Positions 59,088-64,000 of a stretch of DNA of 64,000 nucleotides are shown piece by piece. Location: assembly GCA_963804795.1 (NCBI GenBank), contig CAWDRS010000012.1, positions 65,606-129,605 on the forward strand, written 5' to 3'. The notes beneath the pieces were generated by a model. That model searched no databases. It had not been told where the DNA came from and worked only from the letters and a program-made list of their open reading frames with translations. Positions within the stretch are counted from its first letter, which is position 1, and each line of letters opens with the position of its first letter. The stretch comes from an uncultured Acidobacteriota bacterium (GTDB lineage Bacteria > Acidobacteriota > Vicinamibacteria > Vicinamibacterales > 2-12-FULL-66-21). The translations under genes were made by a program, and so were the position numbers.

Positions 59088-60200
59088 ATGGATCGGCGCG
59101 AGACAGAGCGGCTCCTCGACGCGATCCGCCAGGCGCGCGCGGCTGGCGAGCCAGCGGCGTTGGCTACGGTGGTGCGGGTCAAAGGGAGCGCGTACCGCCG
59201 CGAAGGCACACGGATGTTCGTCCGGCAGAACGGCACCTACGAATGCGCGCTGTCTGGCGGATGCCTAGAACCGACGGTTGCCGAGGCGGCAGCGCGCGTC
59301 ATCGCGACCGGCGAGCCGGTCATCGTGAGCTACGACCTGGCTGAGGATTCGATCTGGGGCCTGGGTATCGGCTGCAGCGGCGCGGTAGACATCCGCATCG
59401 AGCGGATCGGCGACGATGCGATCACGAACGACTGGTTGACGATTCTCGAACGCGGGGAGGCCGCCGTGCTCGTCACGCCCCTCTCCGGCGTGTCGGGCAG
59501 GGTGATCGTTCGCGGCACGGGCGGCATCGTCGGAGGGTTGACCGATCCGATTGTCGAGCAGCGGGCGGTCGCAAGTGCCCGCGCGCGCCTTGGGGCGCCG
59601 TATCCGGCCTCTGGTCCCGAGCGTCTGGGCAGCGCGGACGTGTTCTACGAAATCACGACGCCGGCACCCGATCTCGTGATCTTCGGCGCCGGACACGACG
59701 CGGCGCCCGTCGCGCAGCTGGCCTGGACGCTCGGGTTCGCTGTCACCGTGGTCGATGTGCGCGAAACGTTCCTGACGAAGGAGCGGTTCGGCAGCGCGAC
59801 GCGGGTGTGTGCGCATTTCAGCCAGTTCGCCGAGCGCGTGGCGCTCGGCCCAGGCAGCTTCGCGCTGATCATGAACCACCACGTCGAGCGTGACCAGGAG
59901 AGTCTTCGGTTCAGCCTCGAATCGAATGCGGCTTACATCGGCGTGCTCGGGCCCCGGTCACGCTACGACAAGCTGCTGGCAGGCCTGGCGGAGCAGGGGT
60001 ACGTGCCGGACCCGATGAGGGCCGCCCGCGTGCGAAGCCCGGTGGGACTCTCGCTGGGGGCTGAGACACCGGAAGAAGTGGCGACCTCCATTCTGGGGGA
60101 ACTGCTCGCGATTCGCCGCGGTTTCGGCGGCGGGTTTCTCAGCGGGTCCATCGCCAGCCTTCACCGCCCGGAGGACAGTCGGCTCTTGGCCAGCTCGTAG
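59088..60200 (+). CDS. XdhC/CoxI-family molybdoenzyme maturation protein
   Basis: ALATVVRVKGSAYRREGTRM...CLEP...GLGIGCSGAVDI, and a Rossmann-like part VIFGAGHDAAPVAQLAWTLGF...IGVLGPRSR. Confidence 0.8.
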   Translation: MDRRETERLLDAIRQARAAGEPAALATVVRVKGSAYRREGTRMFVRQNGTYECALSGGCLEPTVAEAAARVIATGEPVIVSYDLAEDSIWGLGIGCSGAVDIRIERIGDDAITNDWLTILERGEAAVLVTPLSGVSGRVIVRGTGGIVGGLTDPIVEQRAVASARARLGAPYPASGPERLGSADVFYEITTPAPDLVIFGAGHDAAPVAQLAWTLGFAVTVVDVRETFLTKERFGSATRVCAHFSQFAERVALGPGSFALIMNHHVERDQESLRFSLESNAAYIGVLGPRSRYDKLLAGLAEQGYVPDPMRAARVRSPVGLSLGAETPEEVATSILGELLAIRRGFGGGFLSGSIASLHRPEDSRLLASS

Positions 60201-60745
60201 TCCTCGGGCGTGTCGATATCCACCAGCAGATCCGGCGGAAACCGCAGGATCGTGGTCCGCTCGACGTGGCGCTGCAGTACGGAACGCGCGCCGTGCTGGA
60301 GCTCCGCGAGCTCGGGGAAGAACTCACGCTCGAACAGATGCGGCGGCGCCATGACTTCGCCGTACCGGACGCTGACGATGGGCGGCGCATGCTGGCGGTA
60401 GGTATCGAGCACCGTCCGGTACTCGTTCGTCGTCACGAACGGCTGATCGGCGAGCGCGAACATGGCGGCGGCGCTGTCATCCAGATGCCCGACCGCCGTG
60501 CGGAACGAGCTGCCCATCCCGCTGGCGAACTGCATGTTGATGGCGTGCCTGACAGGTAGCCCCTCGAGCGCTGCCAGCGTGGCCTCGTGTTCGCTCCCCA
60601 GCACGACAAGGACATCGTCGAAGTCCGCGGCGAGGACCTGCCGGACCGCCCGGCGGAGGAGCGGCTCGTTGCCGAACGGCAGGAGGAGCTTTTGAGTCCC
60701 CATCCTCGTCGACGCGCCTGCCGCGAGCACCACTGCGCTCACCAT
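60161..60745 (-). CDS. mocA: molybdenum cofactor cytidylyltransferase (MocA-like nucleotidyltransferase)
   Basis: VVLAAGASTRMGTQKLLLPF...LADQPFV...DIDTPEDY. Confidence 0.75.
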   Translation of the reverse strand: MVSAVVLAAGASTRMGTQKLLLPFGNEPLLRRAVRQVLAADFDDVLVVLGSEHEATLAALEGLPVRHAINMQFASGMGSSFRTAVGHLDDSAAAMFALADQPFVTTNEYRTVLDTYRQHAPPIVSVRYGEVMAPPHLFEREFFPELAELQHGARSVLQRHVERTTILRFPPDLLVDIDTPEDYELAKSRLSSGR

Positions 60746-60879
60746 GTCGGAGTAGTGTAGCGGCAACGCGTGATCCAGCGACATCCGGCTGTAGTAGAAT
60801 CAGCTTTCTCAGGATCACCTTTGCGACGCCCGCGTGGCCATCGCCACGTGCGGCACTGCCGAGGCAGGAGGTTGGCGAC

Positions 60880-61758
60880 GTGATTCCTGCAGCCTTCGAT
60901 TACCTTCGGGCCCACACGACAGACGAGGCGTTCGCACATCTGCAGCAGCACGGGGCCGAGGCCCGTGTGCTGGCCGGTGGGCAGAGCCTCATTCCAGCCA
61001 TGCGGTTCCGGCTCGCGCGCCCCGCTGTCCTTGTCGACATCAACTCCCTGACCGATCTGGGGCAGCTGCGCATCAGCGATCACGTGCTGGCGGTCGGTGC
61101 GATCGCGCGAGACAGCGACATCGAGCGCGCGCCGTGGATCGGCGAGCGCCGGTGGAGTCTGATCCACGACGCGTCGCGTGTGGTCGCCGATCCGGTCGTG
61201 CGGCAGATGGGCACGGTCGTCGGCAGCTTGTGCCACAACGATCCCGCCGGCGACTGGACGGCGGTCGCGCTCGCTTCTCGCGCCACCGTCGTCGTTCGCG
61301 GCACCGGCGGAACCCGCCGCGTTCCCATCGACGATTTTCTCGTCGACAGCTTCTCTACAGCAGTCGAGGATGGCGAGATGGCGCTGGGCGCGGAGTTTCC
61401 GGTGCCGGACGATGCCACCGCCGGGTCGTACCAGAAAGTCGAGCGCAAGGTCGGCGACTTCGCGACCGCTGCCGCTGCCGTGCAGGTGTCGTTGAATCCC
61501 GACGGCACGATCCGGGCTGCCGGCGTGGCGCTGTCCGGTGCAGGCGCCTGCGCGGTGCGCGTGGACGCGGCCGAACACCTGCTGGCCGGCCAGAAACCAT
61601 CCGCGGAGCTGATTCGCGCCGCTTCCAACGCCGCGTGGCAGCGCAGCGCGCCGCAGGCGGACCTGCGCGGCACCGTCGAATTCAAGAAGCATCTGGCGGG
61701 CGTGCTCGTCGCGCGGGGTCTGCGTCAGGCGCTCGCGCGGCTGGGGGTCCAGGCATGA
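60880..61758 (+). CDS. coxM: CO dehydrogenase / xanthine dehydrogenase family FAD-binding medium subunit
   Basis: [17 protein letters not shown]...[25 protein letters not shown]...[14 protein letters not shown]. Confidence 0.85.
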   Translation: MIPAAFDYLRAHTTDEAFAHLQQHGAEARVLAGGQSLIPAMRFRLARPAVLVDINSLTDLGQLRISDHVLAVGAIARDSDIERAPWIGERRWSLIHDASRVVADPVVRQMGTVVGSLCHNDPAGDWTAVALASRATVVVRGTGGTRRVPIDDFLVDSFSTAVEDGEMALGAEFPVPDDATAGSYQKVERKVGDFATAAAAVQVSLNPDGTIRAAGVALSGAGACAVRVDAAEHLLAGQKPSAELIRAASNAAWQRSAPQADLRGTVEFKKHLAGVLVARGLRQALARLGVQA

Positions 61759-62237
61759 AGGTCCACGTCACGATCAACGGCGTCAGCTACGAACGAGATG
61801 TCGAGCCGCGCACGCTGCTCGCGTACTTCCTGCGGGAAGACTGCGGGCTGACCGGCACGCATGTCGGCTGCGACACGTCGAGCTGCGGCTGCTGCGTCGT
61901 CGTGATGGACGGCACGCGAGCGGTGAAGTCCTGTTCGATGTTCGCGGTGCAGGCCGACGGCCACGAGATCCTTACCGTCGAGGGGCTTGCGGAGGGCGGC
62001 AAGCTGCACGCGCTGCAGCAGGGTTTCTGGGACCAGCACGGCCTGCAGTGCGGCTATTGCACACCTGGCATGCTGCTCACGTCGTACGCGCTGCTGAAAC
62101 ACCAGGAGAATCCGAGCGAGGCCGACATCCGCGAGGCGCTCGCCGGAAACCTGTGCCGGTGCACCGGCTACAACAACATCGTGAAAGCCGTCCAGCAGGC
62201 GGCGGCGACGCTCCGCCAGCCGGTCGGCGCGAAGTAA
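61755..62237 (+). CDS. coxS: (2Fe-2S)-binding small subunit
   Basis: [20 protein letters not shown] and [15 protein letters not shown] overlap with coxM. Confidence 0.9.
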   Translation: MKVHVTINGVSYERDVEPRTLLAYFLREDCGLTGTHVGCDTSSCGCCVVVMDGTRAVKSCSMFAVQADGHEILTVEGLAEGGKLHALQQGFWDQHGLQCGYCTPGMLLTSYALLKHQENPSEADIREALAGNLCRCTGYNNIVKAVQQAAATLRQPVGAK

Positions 62238-62258
62238 CGACGGCACCAAGGAACAGCG

Positions 62259-64000
62259 ATGAGCATTCAGGCGAAGCCGTTGCACTCGGTCGGCGTGCCG
62301 ATTAAGCGCAAGGAGGATCCGCGCTTCATCCAGGGCAAAGGGAATTACGTCGACGACCTCTCGTTTCCCGGCATGCTCTACCTCTCGCTCGTGCGTAGCA
62401 CCTACCCTCACGCCGAGATCAAGCACATCGACATCAGCGAGGCAATGAAGGTGCCCGGCGTCAAGGCCGTGATCACCGGCAAGGACCTCGAGGCCGCCGG
62501 GCTCGGATGGCTGCCGACGTTCCACGGGTTCGATAAGCAGATGGTGCTCGCGATCGGCAAGGTGCTCTTCCAGTATCAGGAAGTCGCCGCTGTGTTCGCC
62601 GAGACGCGCGCCGCGGCCGTCGACGGCGCCGAAGCGGTGCAGGTCGACTACGCGCCACTGCCTGTCGTCGCCGATCCGTTCACCTCGAAGACGGACAAGG
62701 TGCTGCTGCGGCCGGACCGCGAGAGCAAGACCAACCACATCTTCCATTGGGAAGTCGGCGACAAGGAAGGCACCGCCCGCGCCATGGCGTCGAGCCCGAA
62801 GCGGATCAAGCAGCGCCTCTGGTTCCAGCGCTGCCACCCGGCGCCGCTCGAGCCGTGCGGCTGCGTGGCGTACTTCGACACGATGGGGCGGCTGCAGTTC
62901 CACGTGACGTCGCAGGCGCCACACGTCTATCGCACGGCGCTGTCGCTCGTCACCGGTATTCCCGAGGACAAGATCCACGTGATGTCGCCGGATCTCGGCG
63001 GCGGCTTCGGTAACAAAGTGCCGGTCTATCCCGGATACGTGTGCGCGATCGTTGGCGCGCTCAAGATCGGACGACCGGTCAAGTGGATCGAGACGCGCAC
63101 GGAGAACCTGACGAGCACCGGCTTCGCGCGCGATTACCACATGGACGTGGAGATCGGCGCGACCGCCGACGGCAAGGTCACGGCCCTGCACGTCGCGACG
63201 ACGGCCGATCACGGCGCGTTCGATGCGGCTGCCGATCCGAGCAAGTACCCGGCGGGCATCTTCGGCATCGTCACCGGCAGCTACACGTTCCCGGTCGCCC
63301 ACGCCGAGGTCGACGCGTACTTCACGAACAAGGCGCCGGGCGGTATCGCCTACCGCTGTTCGTTCCGCGTCACGGAAGCGAGCTACGCGATCGAACGCGG
63401 CATGGACATCCTGGCCGATGAGCTGGGCATGGATGCCGTCGAGCTGCGCAGGAAGAATTTCATCAAGAAGGATCAGTTCCCGTACCCGTCGGCGCTGGGG
63501 TTCACCTACGACAGCGGCGACTATCACAAGACGCTCGACGTCGCGCTCGAGAAGATCGGCTATGGCGCCCTCCTGAAAGAACAGGCGGAGAAGCGCGCGC
63601 GGGGGGAGCTCATGGGCATCGGCCTCTCGACCTTCACCGAGGTGGTGGGCGCCGGGCCATCGAAGCACTTCGACATCCTCGGCATCAAGATGTTCGACAG
63701 CGCGGAGATCCGCATCCATCCCACAGGCGCCGGCATCGTGCGCACGGGCACCAAGTCGCAGGGCCAGGGCCACGAAACGACCTGGGCGCAGGTCGTCGCC
63801 GAGGAACTGGGGCTCGATCCGCAGAACATCATGGTCGAGGAAGGCGATACCGACACGGCGCCCTATGGCCTCGGCACGTATGCGAGCCGCAGCACGCCGG
63901 TCGCCGGCGCCGCCATCGTGATGGCCGCGCGCCGCATTCGCGAGAAGGCACGCAAGATTGCCGCGCATCTGCTCGAAGTGGGCGAGGCCGACATCGAGTG
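62259..64000 (+). CDS. coxL: molybdopterin-binding large subunit with form I CO dehydrogenase active-site loop (partial, runs off the window)
   Basis: I translated frame 0 by hand and it is open from ATG 62259 to the window end. GVPIKRKEDPRFIQGKGNYVDD; active-site loop GGIAYRCSFRVTEA (AYRCSFR = 63348-63368); GTKSQGQGHETT. Confidence 0.9.
   Translation, partial: MSIQAKPLHSVGVPIKRKEDPRFIQGKGNYVDDLSFPGMLYLSLVRSTYPHAEIKHIDISEAMKVPGVKAVITGKDLEAAGLGWLPTFHGFDKQMVLAIGKVLFQYQEVAAVFAETRAAAVDGAEAVQVDYAPLPVVADPFTSKTDKVLLRPDRESKTNHIFHWEVGDKEGTARAMASSPKRIKQRLWFQRCHPAPLEPCGCVAYFDTMGRLQFHVTSQAPHVYRTALSLVTGIPEDKIHVMSPDLGGGFGNKVPVYPGYVCAIVGALKIGRPVKWIETRTENLTSTGFARDYHMDVEIGATADGKVTALHVATTADHGAFDAAADPSKYPAGIFGIVTGSYTFPVAHAEVDAYFTNKAPGGIAYRCSFRVTEASYAIERGMDILADELGMDAVELRRKNFIKKDQFPYPSALGFTYDSGDYHKTLDVALEKIGYGALLKEQAEKRARGELMGIGLSTFTEVVGAGPSKHFDILGIKMFDSAEIRIHPTGAGIVRTGTKSQGQGHETTWAQVVAEELGLDPQNIMVEEGDTDTAPYGLGTYASRSTPVAGAAIVMAARRIREKARKIAAHLLEVGEADIE

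Noticed and set aside
58076-59236. A 386-aa minus-strand ORF across attR and the xdhC upstream region, together with the long upstream extension of the xdhC ORF (58881-59087).
   Set aside because: The minus ORF overlaps the tRNA-derived repeat and is antisense to xdhC, with shadow-ORF composition. XdhC homology begins only at MDRRETERLL (59088), so the upstream extension is not coding.

Overview
GC-rich bacterial chromosomal segment. The gene content suggests Acidobacteriota (inference only): an ADOP-type duplicated FtsX permease, CarboxypepD_reg proteins, a Ser/Thr kinase with TPR repeats, and ECF/anti-sigma modules. Positions 1-36 kb are core genes: two ECF sigma modules, recG, rsmD, coaD, an aminotransferase, a GlcD-like oxidase, a DsbA-like protein, an amrS-type radical SAM enzyme, rho, a hybrid histidine kinase, an M14 peptidase, ftsH, an hspR-cbpA-clpB heat-shock operon with a HAIR-like operator, terC, hemH, the permease and surE. 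tRNA-Pro(CGG) lies at 36029-36105. Its 3' 49 bp recur perfectly at 58243-58291 and bracket a ~22-kb integrase-less island. The left half of the island is a co-directional defense array: a SPARTA-type pair (TIR-APAZ plus short prokaryotic Argonaute), an uncharacterised 279-aa gene with a degenerate PLD-like C-terminus, a small ORF, a type I R-M system (hsdM/S/R, all frame-broken), and DUF4145-like and truncated DUF6884-like genes. The middle is a nested pair of IS66-family elements. The right half holds a broken Ser/Thr kinase, prophage debris (terminase large subunit plus unknown genes), an MBL-hydrolase fragment and a phd/vapC toxin-antitoxin pair. Right of the island are xdhC, mocA and a coxM-coxS-coxL cluster whose large subunit carries the form I CO-dehydrogenase signature AYRCSFR. 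Caveat: many genes, including ones expected to be essential (recG, clpB, hemH, surE), are interrupted by single-base frameshifts that occur in clusters. From sequence alone I cannot tell assembly error from real decay. Such genes are given as full spans typed pseudogene. Several families of structured intergenic repeats are also present.
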